A stretch of DNA of 63,231 nucleotides, filler included, from Klebsormidium nitens (lineage: Eukaryota > Plantae > Klebsormidiophyceae): assembly GCA_000708835.1 (NCBI GenBank). It is 4 parts of 4 records of this genome, joined end to end, with 100 filler letters (N's around TTAATTAATTAA, not from the genome) between each part and the next. Parts side by side here need not be neighbours in the genome. Positions count along the whole stretch, not along the records: positions 48,566 to 60,615 come from DF237849.1; positions 60,716 to 63,231 come from DF238517.1; 2 more parts are not named here. One strand, written 5' to 3'. Position 1 is the first letter of the stretch. The number at the start of each line of letters is the position of its first letter. The position numbers and the translations under genes are program-made. Below, in pieces: positions 49,423-61,519 of the stretch. The notes under the pieces were generated by a model, which saw nothing but the letters and a program-made list of their open reading frames with translations, did no database searches and was not told the origin of the DNA.

Positions 49423-50310
49423 GTTTTTGGGCCACTCAAGGTCCCCGAATATCCTCCAAACGATGGAAATTAACGTACTGGATTTTCCCGATACTTTTGG
49501 GGTTTTCCACGTCGTACAACAGTTTCTGTAGGGCCCGGTTTTTGCCGAGTTTAGCAGTGCATTGCAATATGATGCATGGGGTCTTGCCCCGGTCAACACT
49601 GACATCAAAAAGGAATTCTGACTTTGAAACCGGGGCGCCCTCCCACCCACCCAGTCACAAGGATTTTATAAGATGTGACAAGGAAGTTGAAGGAACCCTT
49701 GTACTAAGTTTTAGACTTTTATTTCACGTTAAAGTGGGCGTAGGCGTCACGCCGCCGGCATCGCCGAAGCGCGACGGCGGCACAATCTGGGCAAGCTATC
49801 ATCGTCCGATACATTCAACTCGTACTTTATTGCCGTCCGATCTCAAATGCACTCGCGAGTGCAGACGCCCACTTTAAAGTGGGCGTTCTGTTCCGCGGAA
49901 CGCCGGACGCTAAAGCAACTTCGGCAGCCGTCGGCTACAATCCGTCAGTGTTTGTACCGTAGATTTCATTAAATCGACGGGTCTGCATGCACTTTGTTCT
50001 TGAGCCGAGACTCGGTCCTCGTTGAAACTCATGACTGCGGCGTACGGTAAACCGGAAATTTGCCTAACTATGATTAGGCCGGAGCCACGGGCGACGGGCT
50101 ATTTCAATATCGCTGTGGCTTGTTGAGACCTGCGCCGCAAGGCGCCGGAGTCGCCGGGTTCTACAGTGCTCTCAATCTGCAGGTCACAGAAGTGACTTCC
50201 ACACTGCGGAGGCTCACCTTCTATTTACGATTGTTTGCTCCGGGTAGTGGAGACCACAGTGATTCTGCATGCGCCGCTCTGTGGAACACCCAAAAAGAAC
50301 GAAAAAGAAT

Positions 50311-50378
50311 GCACTTCTGCGAGATTTGAACCCGTGAATTTTTGGCATGTGACTCTGCGCTCTGCCACTACGCTACGA
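50311..50378 (-). repeat. tRNA-derived Pol III head (SINE-like)
   Basis: A-box TAGCGTAGTGG, B-box GGTTCAAATC and downstream T-runs. The cloverleaf stems do not close. Confidence 0.55.
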
Positions 50379-51286
50379 CCAAATCCCCCGGGGACAATGT
50401 TGTCCGCGGAAATTCGAGCCGAAGGGGTTTTTGTAGGGGCACGCATTGATGTGTCACATATTGTACCGGGGCCCGCACGGGGATCGATATTGCCCTCCTA
50501 CCCGCCCATGAATGTGGGTCGGGCCGCCCTCCCAACCCCCCTCATTGAAGCAATTCTCTCAAATAATATATGCTTTCTATATTGAGGCGAGCAGCTATAA
50601 ATCCGCCGCAGGGCGCGCGGCGGATTGTATCTTCCTAGTTTTCCGGGGGGGTCGGATGAGCAGCGGCGCCGCAGTTCCGAGTCCTCCGCCGTTCGAGACG
50701 GTACCGTACATTCCCTCCGGAACGGGCGCAAGCATTCGTACCGGTATACCGGTTGTGTCTCGTACGGTAGCGGAAAACCCGCACTCGAATGAACTTGCAA
50801 GCGCGGAATACTTCCACCAGGCAAGATACACGTATGTACAAACGCAAGTGTATTAGAATGTACGAAAATGTTAGAACCCATATTCAGATAAAGATACACA
50901 TATAGGCAGACACCTACTGGAGACACCAGCTATCCAAGGCAGCGTCTCCGCCCAGGCGTATTGATTGAAACGTTTTAAAAAGTTGTAAAAACAGCCCACT
51001 GCCACTGCCACTGGGGCATCGTGCCAAAACACCTTTGTAGCGGTGCATTGAAGTCCGGGCTTTCGAAGTTTTGAGGGGGGCATGGAAGCCGGTTTTGAGT
51101 AGACCCCGAATTTGTCCGAGAGGGTATGGAAGCCGGCTTTGCTTTTTCTTCTCCAAATTCACTTTCTGGGGCGGGGTTATGAAAGCTGGTTCATAAACTG
51201 TTGAAGGGGTTATGAAACTTACTTCGCAAGCTAGCGCGCGCTATTTCAAGACGAGCGACTCGTTTCGGGGGTTCAAACGGTTTTTA

Positions 51287-52096
51287 GCTCGCCCGTATTT
51301 ACACCCCGATTCAGAAGTTTTATAACGTGGACTTATTAACCCTACAGGCGATTGGGGCCATTCTCAATTGGTTTCAGAAATTTTGGAAATTTAGGCAATT
51401 CCTATTATGAGATGTTTGAGGTGCAAGCACCTTGAAAGTTGATTTGAGGTGGCCAATACAAAAATGGCAATAAAATACTAGGACGTGCGCCAAATGGCCT
51501 TATTTTTGCCACGAATTGTGGTGACCCTTGTGCGGGAAGGCTCCGATCTTGACACCTCGAATGGATTCTTCTCGGTCTCATTGGTGCTTTATGAACACAA
51601 TGGCTTGCTGTGTTTCCCCAGTGGCTTTCGCCGAAAAAACCGTACTCGAAAGCCGGTGGCAGGCGTACAAAGTCACATGTCCGCCGCGCGAGTTCCGTCG
51701 AGGATGGAACGCTCTGAATTTTAAATTCCATGAGTCTCGTGTCAACCCCAATTCATTGGTAACGAACCGTTCTGTGAAGCACGCGAGTTTTGCCCATCAA
51801 AAAGTGATACATGCAAAAAAGCAAAAAATATGGAGTCAGGCTCGAACCCGCGACCTCGCGCTAGGCGCTCGGACGCTCAGCCCGGCCACGGACTACGGCG
51901 TCAAGAGGCCATGATCTCGCGCAAATGCTGGCGCATTGGTGGCCTAATCGCCTGATTTATTGTATAGAGGGTTGTGTTCAATTTGGTTAGGTCAAAGGAA
52001 ACAACCTACTAAAGTGTTAACTGTAACCGGGTTAGATTGCGACGTCATCCGGATTAGGTTACGAAACTTCTGAATCGGGGTGTATACGGGGCGAGC
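51287..52096. mobile_element. MITE-like element bounded by ~33-bp inverted repeats
   Basis: GCTCGCCCGTATTTACACCCCGATTCAGAAGTTT (51287-51320) versus the reverse complement of 52064-52096. Confidence 0.55.
51831..51900 (-). repeat. tRNA-derived Pol III head (SINE-like)
   Basis: A-box-like TAGTCCGTGG, B-box GGTTCGAGCC, then TATTTTTT. The T-stem is mismatched. Confidence 0.55.
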
Positions 52097-54451
52097 TTTA
52101 GCGGACATCCGGATCTGGGGTCCTTCTGGCAAACTAATCTACGAGGTGATATTGAACTTTGCCTACAGGTCGCCGGGCACCAAGTTTGCCGGAAGCGTGG
52201 AGCGAAGCACCGAGGCTAGCTACCAGGGAGCTGGAGTATCTCTTGAAAGGAGTGTTGTAACCGGTTAGCTTTCAAAATATCTCCCGGGATCATCGACCGT
52301 GTCAACAGTGATCAGACCGACTGGTAACCCGGATAGGTCTAAGGTAACCCCACAAAGTCCAGAGAATTCCAAGTACATTCCAATTCTACCATTGCCTTGT
52401 TACCCTGGGTACTAAAATGCGGCGACAGATGCGTGGAGGATATACCGACACAGTCGCTCTACCAAGAGTTCCCGAGGAGTCATTTCCGACGGCGTCTGAA
52501 AATGGCCGTAGATTCCGTTTGACAGAATTGACGTGACGTACGATCCGTCACTACATTCTGTCGCTAAAATGCAAAATAGCCCGCACGCGCGGCATCCAAT
52601 CCGGCGTTTCGACGATAAACGCGCATTTATGTAGAATATGGACCGATTCTATCCGATTGGACCGATTCTATATCTATGCTATGGACACTGTAGCACGTGG
52701 CCGATTAATATTGCATATTATGTCGCCACGACACCTATACGGTTGACGTGGCAATTCTGCACCGTTGATTGCGTACCATGTCACCATTGCTTAACGGCTA
52801 CTTGCTGCAGTTGACCGTTGCGACTGCTAATCTATCTTGTGAGCACTTGCTTGTTATGTATCTTGCACCTTGTGACTGGATCTACGGCTCACCTATAAAG
52901 GTGGACTTCTCCACCGTGTAAGTCCTCATTCCTGGTTTCCAAGTTTGAGGCATCCAATCTCTAGCAAGTTTCTCAACTCTCGAGCTCCGCTCTTCCCGCT
53001 AAGCTCCCTACTAGTGTATAAGTCTCCAATTTCCTTGTGAAATTAGCCTGAGATTGCTGAGAAGTTCAGTAAAGAGTTTGCTGTACAACGTCCGGGGTCC
53101 CCGCATAAAGACCATTGGATTTGGCCGTAATGCTGTAGTTTAAAATTCAATCAAGTTTTGTGCCAAACAAATAATGCTGTGTAATCGATAGATACGTACA
53201 GTAAACTTTGCACAAAATGCCCGAATGGTTGAGACCACTTGTTACTCGGCGTACAGCAGAATTCGGCCGTTTGTGTAATGGCGAGGGGCAAACCCAACAT
53301 GGAAATCTCCTCAAGGCTTGACCATCACTTCAGTTGCCCGTACATAAGCTTAACGTCCTAGATAACCCACTTTTTCCGACTTTTTGGCGTTGTACGGTAG
53401 GTTTAATTCGCTCGATAAACAAAAGATGGCCCAGGGGGGACTCGGCCGGGTCGTTCGGAACGAAATATATGAGTCAAGGTCCTCAGACCGGGCCGCCCTC
53501 CCGCCCCCCCTAAGAGGAGAGACAATTTATCAGGACTACGGTTACATTTTGGATTTAATTTCGATTCTTGTATCGGGCAGTGCACGGAATTTTTTCCCGC
53601 CCTCCCACCCACCCATTATGATGTGACCGGGCCGCCCTCCCACCCACCCTCAGCCTTGCCATTTGAAGAATATTGTGCTTTCTTCATTGAGGCGAGCTGC
53701 AAAATCCGCCGGAGGCGGATTGCTTCGTCCTAGTTTTCCGGCGACAGACCCCAAAGAAGGATTTCGTGTCCCCGTACTTGAAAAGTCTTGAATATTCTCA
53801 GATCTAGGAGGTTCCTTGAAGGTTTTAAGCCACGTATACCGTATGTCTAGTATCTGAATGCACCTGGTTCTAATCTCGGTATTACAAAAAATCCTAGAGC
53901 GTTTTTCAAGCCACTTCGAAGGTGAGAGGGGAGGAAAAGATGGGAGCAAATATTGTACTACCTACTAGGGGTCAAAACTTCGACTAGAGACCGGAGGTTG
54001 CCAGGGTTTAGATGCTCATCCCCTGGAAGCTAGCCGGTTTTTAAACCGGAGTTCAGTGCACCACTGCACATGTGTTTCGAGTCTTGACACGATGCAGGCA
54101 CGATGCCCAGGAAAGAAAATCTTGCTAGGATCATGGATGTATTACTTCTGCGTCTTTGACCAAAACACGTTCTAAAACCAGAGTTGCCACCCCGTGCTTC
54201 ACATGCCGAACCGCATGCAAGCTAGAAAAGGAGTCCCGGGGCCGAAGGAGGCTTTCAATGAAATCTGTGCGTGAAACATGACCTTACCATGTAGCGAGCG
54301 TTGCCGAGTAAACTATGTGCCTCAGGTCTGTGCAGAGGTCGAAGTACCAACTATTTTACCAGGTCAGCTAGAAGCCCATCCGTTTTAGCAAAGCTGGGGG
54401 TTATGATGAGACCGCGGCATTGCCCCACGTTGGACTCATCCCTTTGCACCC

Positions 54452-57096
54452 ATGAGCCTGCTAGTAATTGAGCTCAAGGGTGCCAGGCTCCGTTTTCTGA
54501 TCTGCCTTTACTGCCTTATGACTGTCCTATTGAGTTTCACCGCACTTCAGGTGATAGTACCCACTTTCCAGGATTGCAATGCAAAAAGGCAGATTGGCAT
54601 CCGCGCAACGGATTCTAGTGGCCCGCGCTGCGCGAATGAGCTGTCAGACGCACTGGCGAAAGTTGCAGACCAGGTGGACAAGCTTGAAGGGGTGGTCCTT
54701 CAGTTTGAAAGTGAGACACAGGTACGGGAGCCCCAACGGCCCTTGATTGAGGAAGCAATATGTGTCTGCGCACCACTGGCTAGGCTGCCACAAACATTAC
54801 ATCGAGCAGCGTTTTCTTGTGCCGTCATGTTCCTGCAGGCCCGTTCTTGTCCCTAGCCTAGTGGTGTTTTGGAATTGCTAAGTCCCTGTTGCAGACCTCC
54901 ATATTCAAAATGCAGGCATGGGCTACAGCTAGATCAAAAGATTCGCCCCTCATCTGACGCAGCTTGTGACTAACGTGATTCACTTTGAACAGCACAGTAC
55001 TTTACATAAAGAAGTGAATGGTAAGACGTAAATTTGAAGCATTGAAGGTGTGCGCCGATTCTTCCTGAAACTGAGGATTGACGTCCTACAAGGGCAGATG
55101 CCCCCTAGTGTTGCAGACCTGATGTGGTTCTAGCGGCCACGTCAGTGAAATCCTTGGTTGCATGGTTGAAGATACTCAGAAGGAGCAAATTTGACAAGAC
55201 AAAGTAAACAACCTTTTTAGGGGCGCCAAGGAGGTCTGTGCAGATTGAGGGTTCTCTCACGTTGTTCAGTTTCACACTTGAGGAGTTCCTACCGATCCCC
55301 ACCCCTGATGCAGGCAGCAACTAAAAAGATTGGCCGGCGGAGCAACTTCGAGCAAGTCATCAATGGAGTGGCCCACGACGTGAAGGTGTTGAGAGCAGAG
55401 CGGCCAGTGAGCTTGTTCCTGGGGGGTCGCGTTGTCATGTGTTGGGTTGACTTCTTCCAGCAATACTTTTACCTTGACTCCCGGGACCGGGGCTTGACAC
55501 CGCACCTGTGTGGGGGCACTGTGTGGGAGCATGAAATCACAAGGACTGTCAAGAGAATTGTGCGCTCAGGCCAGCGAGTGGTGGACATAGGAGCTTGCAT
55601 GGGGTGGTGTACCGCCGTCTTTGCGGGTGCGGTAGGGGAGACCGGGAAGGTGCTTGCGGTAGAAGCAAACCCTCGGCTCAGCGACATGCTCGCTCGCACA
55701 ATGCAGGTAATCACCACGCTTGTTGATGAGTTGCCCAACGCCACCGGTCCATACGAATTGTCACCAATGGAGGCCTGCACAGAATGCATGAAACTGCCTT
55801 GTTCAAAGCAAAGTTCCTGGGTGTTTCTAGAAGCTGGACAACATTTCTCTTTACTTTCCCCCCAATTGGTTGCTATGTTCAGTTCAGTATACGGAAAGTT
55901 CGTTCTGATTGAGGCTGAAGCTCGCCTGGCCAGAACAGAAAAACCGCGACTCAATGCAAGTTCGTCAAAGATAGATCGCCCTACCTAATGTTAAGCAACT
56001 GAATCGTACCTTCCTCAGGAGTTGAAAAAATTAACCAGGCGCAATATTGTCTTGTCAATCAAGCCATTGATTTCGCATTGAAACCAACACGCAGCATTGC
56101 TAGGAATTAAAGTTCCTGATTGATCCATCTGCCTCAAAATTCATATTATTGTGTTTATTCTAAGAAGAACCAAATGGAGGTCTTATCAAATGACGCCAGG
56201 CAGGAGCACGGATACCAGTCCGAATATGTTCGAAATCAGGACCATACTCAATCAGTGGTGGTCCATACAAGATGCTGGATCCCTCGACTCTTGATGCAGG
56301 AGCATCCACATGTTCGGGTAGTGAACAAGGCGGTTGGGAGCCAGGACGACACACAGGTCTTTGTGGAGAACAAGATGACGTATTGCCCTGGGAACAGGGT
56401 TGTGAGGGAAGCAAATGCAAGCCTTGAGCCGGTGGAGTACGTGAAATTGGATACACTGCTTTTAAATGAAGGGTGGGACCGTGTGGATGTGATCAAAATC
56501 GATGTGGATGGCCATGAGTGGCGGGTATGGGAGGGGATGCAGGAGACGCTGTTGGAGAACCCTGATCTTGAGCTACTCCTTGAGGTGAGCCCTTGCAATG
56601 ACGAGATTCATCGAAATGGTGGGGAGTTGGCCGGCAGACGTGTGTTTTTTTTCAGAGTGATTGACTCGTGTTCTCTTTATTATTCATTATTCTGAAACTT
56701 GCTCTCAGCACTTTCCAGTTACGAGACCAACAAGCAGTTGCTAGCTTTACGTTAGAAAAAGAAGCCTGCAATCATTATTCCATCTTCATTTGTCTGACCT
56801 ACCGGTACAAAAGTGTTTAGCCACAACCTGAATGTACAGCTTGCAGCACAAACCCCACTGGCCCGAGTCGGACAATTGTGTCATACTCCTGAACAACTTT
56901 CTTATTGTCCTTGTAGATCAATTTTCAACGAGATAGGGTGAATAGGATCGATTCAAAGCTGTATTATGAAGCCTTGAGGAGCAAATTTGAAAACATGTTC
57001 ATCATAAGGAGAGAGGATGGTTTGTTGATGCAAACGAGTCCATCAGAGCTGCTTGAATCGTTTGGTAACGTCAATCTATATTTAAAAAATAAGTAG
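54452..57096 (+). CDS. FkbM-family SAM-dependent methyltransferase with an N-terminal membrane anchor; multi-exon model inferred
   Basis: Hydrophobic N-terminus (FLICLYCLMTVLLSFTAL). YLDSRDRGLTPHL...WEHEIT, motif I VVDIGACMG, VLAVEANP, NKAVG, KLDTLL...VDVIKIDVDGHEWRVWEGM. The final 60-codon exon 56917-57096 ends in TAG. Confidence 0.8.
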
Positions 57097-59687
57097 TCAT
57101 TTTCGATCGCACCACAACAACAAAGCTATAGCCCGATCACGTCGCCATCGTTTTGCGGATACCAACCGCTTACATACAAAGGAGACACATGACCGGTTGC
57201 AAAAGCTTACCAACCGGATGACTTGAACAGGGCAAAGTTGTTGTAGCAATAAAGTTGTAGGCCGCGACATCCCTCGAGTGTCTCATAATGTACGTAAAGG
57301 AATCAGGCTCCGATTGCGTCGGAAGGGCGTCAAAAGATCAAACCTTCGCTTGTCTTTGGACCAGTTGATCCATAAGGCAAACAAGAATAGTGACAGGATT
57401 CTAAAGCCTGATTTACTATGGTGTGATCACATTGTGACAAAAGGTCGACCGCCCCTCAGAGCTCGCCCAATACCGGATGCGACGGGCTAGGCCGTATAGG
57501 CTCGGGGAACGTGACGGATGGATTCATGGATCTAGTAGGGGGACGCTAAATCGAAACTTAGGGAACTCTGCCAAGTGAATCTGGATCGAACGCAACACGG
57601 TACGCACTATGTAGCAAAATTACAACACATATTCAAAGCTCTCCGATCTCATGAATTCCGGCAAATCAAGCTGGCTATTTGCGGTACAAACAAAGGCAGA
57701 ACATGCCTTTGAGTGCTTATGTAAGATGAGAAAAAGAGTCTTGAAACCATCAAACTTCTACGGTATGGCAGGCTTGCACCATGGGTCTTGATGCTATGAA
57801 CGAGAGAACATCGGAGGGGTGTCATAATCAAGCACCTTGGCGTATCCTAATGCGGCTACTTCCAGCGATTAGATATAGCCGAATAAGCTGATTAGTGCTC
57901 ATGAGTGTTCAGATCTCTTTTAAATGTCATACAGTTTGAAGGACCTCAGAAAGTGAAGCGAGCGCGCGTTTGAAGCTTGCTCATTTGCTCTCAGTCGTGG
58001 ATGTATAGCCGACTCCTCTCTCAAGCCGTTAGAAACGTCTCGCAGTTAGAAAAGACACCTTAAAACAATGTAAAACATGGATGCGACTGAGTCGTGGTTG
58101 TATAGCCGGATTCATAGGCCTGTTCCGTTTTGCTTTCCGTTCTAGTTCGGTATTCGGTGTACAGCGTGGCAGCTTGTCCGAGGAGATTCAAGACCGGACG
58201 AGTCGAGCGGCTGCAGTGTTCGAAGGAAGAGGAGGCGCGTGGCGCGTCAGAGACTAGGTGGACCTGTCAAAGCGTCCATTGTCCAAGGCCGCGCACGCGA
58301 AGGAGGAGTCGGAAGCCACGCGTAGCGGGGCCCGTGTAGATAAGGGCGAAGATTTGGGTAGTGATTTCGGGTAAAAATGGGGAAATCAGTTCATGTAGCT
58401 TAGAGGCGAGCGTTTCGTCTGGTGGTGCATGTAAATCGGTGGTGCATGTAAATCAGGTCTAGGCCGAAACACATATTTTCCAGTCGAACCAAAAAAGGAG
58501 TAGGATCGAAACCAAGCGCATCATAAAGACTTGTAGTTAGATTCGATGTGCAAATAGATCCTAAGAGAAGACTTGAGAAGTGTGCAGTAAGCGCTTCATG
58601 AGAATTTGACTCGTAGGCCTAGCAGAGAAGTTAGGAACAACACATTTCGGGGGAGAAGAAAGGAGGGAAGAAGCATATTTTTGGAGCGCCTCAACCAAGT
58701 GTTTTTTCGTCATGTCGCAATCGACTTTTCGTTTGTGGCAAGTGCATCATTTTGCAACGGGCTGCTTGGAGCTTGGCGCGCGCGCGTACCATGTGGATCG
58801 CACTCATACAAGTCGAGTTTGGGGAAGCATGGTACCCCTTGCAAAGCCGCAAATCAGCATAAGGGCGTGTGAAGTACAATACGCTCTTAGGTTCGTGACT
58901 CGTGCACCAATCTTAGCCTCGCTTGTAGCTAGGACTCGGACGAGCCTCTATACCAACGACCCTATATATGCCCTGACACGCGTATAAGCAGCATGTGTCT
59001 TAGCCCATTCTGCCAGTGAGCACGCCGCACGATGCCCATATTATCTAATAGGGGCGATGGGTTCATGCACTACAAATGACAAAATGGGTACAACATGTCT
59101 TCTTAAACTGCGGCACTCCGGCGCGCGAGCGCGCGGCGTACACGGTTGTTGCAAGAGCGTTGAACCTCCAGCCATGATATCTCAACCGGGAAAAAATGCA
59201 TTCCATGCCAAAAATGCTAGAAGAGCCCCACCCCCCAAAACTTACCGAGCAGGTACGTTTGAGGACCACCGTACCTAAAACTTAGTGCTCCCGTACTGGG
59301 TTTGTGACTTCTGGTACCAATAAAAAGCTGGCATGTCTACCTACTGTTTCCATGCAAATTTCTCTCTACCGTACTACAAGTATCACAATCCTCCCAGCAA
59401 CAACATCCTTTTCTGCCACCTCCAAGAGGACGTTCAATATGTAAGAGGACGTTGCCGCCTCAATCACGAATCAATTTCAATCAAATTCCTTTCGATCTTC
59501 CGACTCAAATTTCAAAGGCGAATCCCTCATCAATCCCCGGCACTTGATCGAGGAAGCGGAGTGAAAATATAACAGTTGCACTGTTTCGGCTACTATCCCG
59601 ACTCTCCCCCTAACTACCGAAATCGTTTGCTAGGTTCTATTCGTTGAACCAGCCGAACCTTATGCGATAGGGCGACTTAGCCTTTCG

Positions 59688-59888
59688 GACTAGTCGGCCC
59701 TAGATCGCTTGAAGGTACTCTAATAGGCTTGAGACTTGTCGGCCCTAGATCGCTAGCGGCTCGCGCACATAGTCTAAGTCTATCGGCGGTCGCACTTAAG
59801 ACTTGTCGGCCCTTGTTCGCGAGCGGCTCGCGCACATAGTCTAAGTCTGTCGCCGGACCGCATACCGGCCGCACCGGTGCCGGCCGGA
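59688..59888. repeat. 67-bp tandem repeat (two full units and one partial) followed by a GC near-palindrome
   Basis: AGACTTGTCGGCCC...GCGGCTCGCGCACATAGTCTAAGTCT at 59732 and 59799, partial unit at 59688, then CCGGCCGCACCGGTGCCGGCCGG at about 59866-59888. Confidence 0.85.
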
Positions 59889-60715
59889 CCGGAATGGACT
59901 GCGCCGAACCGCAGCCGGTCGCATCCCAACTCTTCCCGGATTATGCGGGCGAACGAAACTCACCGAGTTTACGTATACAAAAGGTTCCTCGGAATCTTCG
60001 AATAGAGGCTTCGCGGCTTAGTAGAGTCTTATTTTACCTTAGAATCCGCCTTGCTCGTAGACCTGCTGTATGTGTACGGATTGACTGAGCACGCAAGTCA
60101 ACGCGCGCGCGTATGCAGTAAGTGCAGACTGGGTCGGAGTCACGTAGGTCGAGTAGATACGCAGTGATATATTGCATAGTGCACAAAATACGAGGCAATC
60201 AGATCGGTATGCAGAAAAAAACAACACAAGGAAAACACACGATGGCACAGGCAATAAAACAACAATGGCTGCCGCGGTGCGCGGCGGTGATAGGCAAGAC
60301 ACTTGGTGATCCCAGGCGGATCCCGTTCTCCTTTGGTGTGAGAAGGAATGAACAATTGTTTGGGATCGCTTGGTATATCTACAAGTCTCTATACTATCTA
60401 GCCTCGGTTCCAGCGACCAGAAATCAAGCTGGCAACTGGCTCCCGTTCCAAAATGTCTCAGGCCGCTACTTTAGAACTGGTTTTTTATTCTACGGCCATC
60501 TTACTTAAGCACATAACTTATTCTTAATTCCCTTCTACGTAGCTTCCCTGCAGCTTCCTCGTCTCCAGAATCTTCCGCCCACAACTGCCACGATCTGTGA
60601 GTTTTATTACAGATCNNNNNNNNNNNNNNNNNNNNNNNNNNNNNNNNNNNNNNNNNNNNTTAATTAATTAANNNNNNNNNNNNNNNNNNNNNNNNNNNNN
60701 NNNNNNNNNNNNNNN

Positions 60716-61087
60716 AGAGCCACCGATACATATGTCATGGTCCTGAAGACGTTCAAAACTGCCAAAAAATTCGGTCAGCAGGAGTTCGAGTTGCCAAAAA
60801 GGCTCTCGCACTACATCGAGCGCTCGATCGAGCTAGTTCCAAGAGCATACTTTGTGACATTGCTGAGCGACCTCGGCCAGCCCATGAATGACAACTATTG
60901 GACGCAATTCATTCGAGAGATTCCCTTTTCAAAGGGCCGCCATCTCACGACCAATCACTTGAGGCACGTATTCGTGACCGACCGCTACGATAAGGACGCC
61001 TCTCTTTCAGATAGACAGTCCGTTGCCGGTCGCATGTTACACAGCGTCTCGACTCAGATGCGTAGCTATGAGAGAAAACGCAGCTAA
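60716..61087 (+). CDS. Tyrosine recombinase, C-terminal catalytic half (PLV/virophage OLV11-like); the 5' part lies in the gap
   Basis: Open from the gap edge. FKTAKKFG (catalytic Lys region), TNHLRHVFVT (N-x-x-R-H, box II) and RMLHSVSTQMRSY (second His and Tyr nucleophile). The box I Arg is not visible. Confidence 0.8.
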   Translation, partial: RATDTYVMVLKTFKTAKKFGQQEFELPKRLSHYIERSIELVPRAYFVTLLSDLGQPMNDNYWTQFIREIPFSKGRHLTTNHLRHVFVTDRYDKDASLSDRQSVAGRMLHSVSTQMRSYERKRS

Positions 61088-61425
61088 GCAACCTCGATCG
61101 ACCCGTCGCTCACAAACCTCATTATATTGTCTCCTCCCTCCTTCTTGTCAAAGGTTGGAGGAGTTGTGATGGCAAACCCCGCCTCCAGCAATCTCTCGAG
61201 AGTGCGTTTCTGCGTCCTACCTCCAGTCTGATACCTCTCATATGCTTGTGCTAGAAGTATTAAGTCCTTGTTTCGTGCGTAGTAGCGTCTACCGGATCGT
61301 TTGTGGGCTTCAGGATCGCGGAAGTAGTTCCTTCTGGCTGTCAGGCAGTGCCTGCACTCGCAAGTGAAGATCTCGTTGTCGTAAGTATCTTTTAAAGGTT
61401 GGTCTGCGGTCGAAGACGACATCAC
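61084..61425 (-). CDS. Small basic hypothetical protein with CxCxxC and a YYARNKD helix; possibly Zn/DNA-binding
   Basis: 113-aa intronless ORF (FTCECRHC; RRYYARNKDLILLAQAYERY). Its stop overlaps the recombinase stop by 4 bp, and it starts 94 bp from the Prim-Pol ATG. Confidence 0.6.
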   Translation of the reverse strand: MMSSSTADQPLKDTYDNEIFTCECRHCLTARRNYFRDPEAHKRSGRRYYARNKDLILLAQAYERYQTGGRTQKRTLERLLEAGFAITTPPTFDKKEGGDNIMRFVSDGSIEVA

Positions 61426-61519
61426 TAATCTGCAGCTAGAAAATATTTCTCAGACATCGCCCGCGCCGCGTTTATTCCTCGTGAAAATTTCCTTCCTCCA
61501 TTGGAGAGAGAACTTCAGC

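Larger units (their letters stand above)
49631..53745 (+). repeat. Dispersed repeat family carrying GGGCCGCCCTCCCACCCACC motifs
   Basis: Motif variants near 49631, 50521, 53490, 53597 and 53628. The blocks at about 50520-50650 and 53628-53745 are collinear (ATTGAGGCGAGC...AATCCGCCG...CGGATTG...CCTAGTTTTCCGG). Confidence 0.65.

Noticed and set aside
50311-51900. Functional tRNA genes at 50311-50378 and 51831-51900
   Set aside because: Acceptor, anticodon and T stems do not pair properly. Kept only as tRNA-derived elements.
52256-53546. Solo LTR with TGTAACCG...CGGTTACA termini and an internal TATA-like CCTATAAAGG
   Set aside because: The flanks (AGTGT versus TTTTG) give no TSD, and an alternative start at 52022 also fails. 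The boundaries cannot be supported.
54551-54571. 21-nt GT-AG micro-intron in the FkbM first exon
   Set aside because: It is too short for this genome's introns and reads through in frame (VIVPTFQ).
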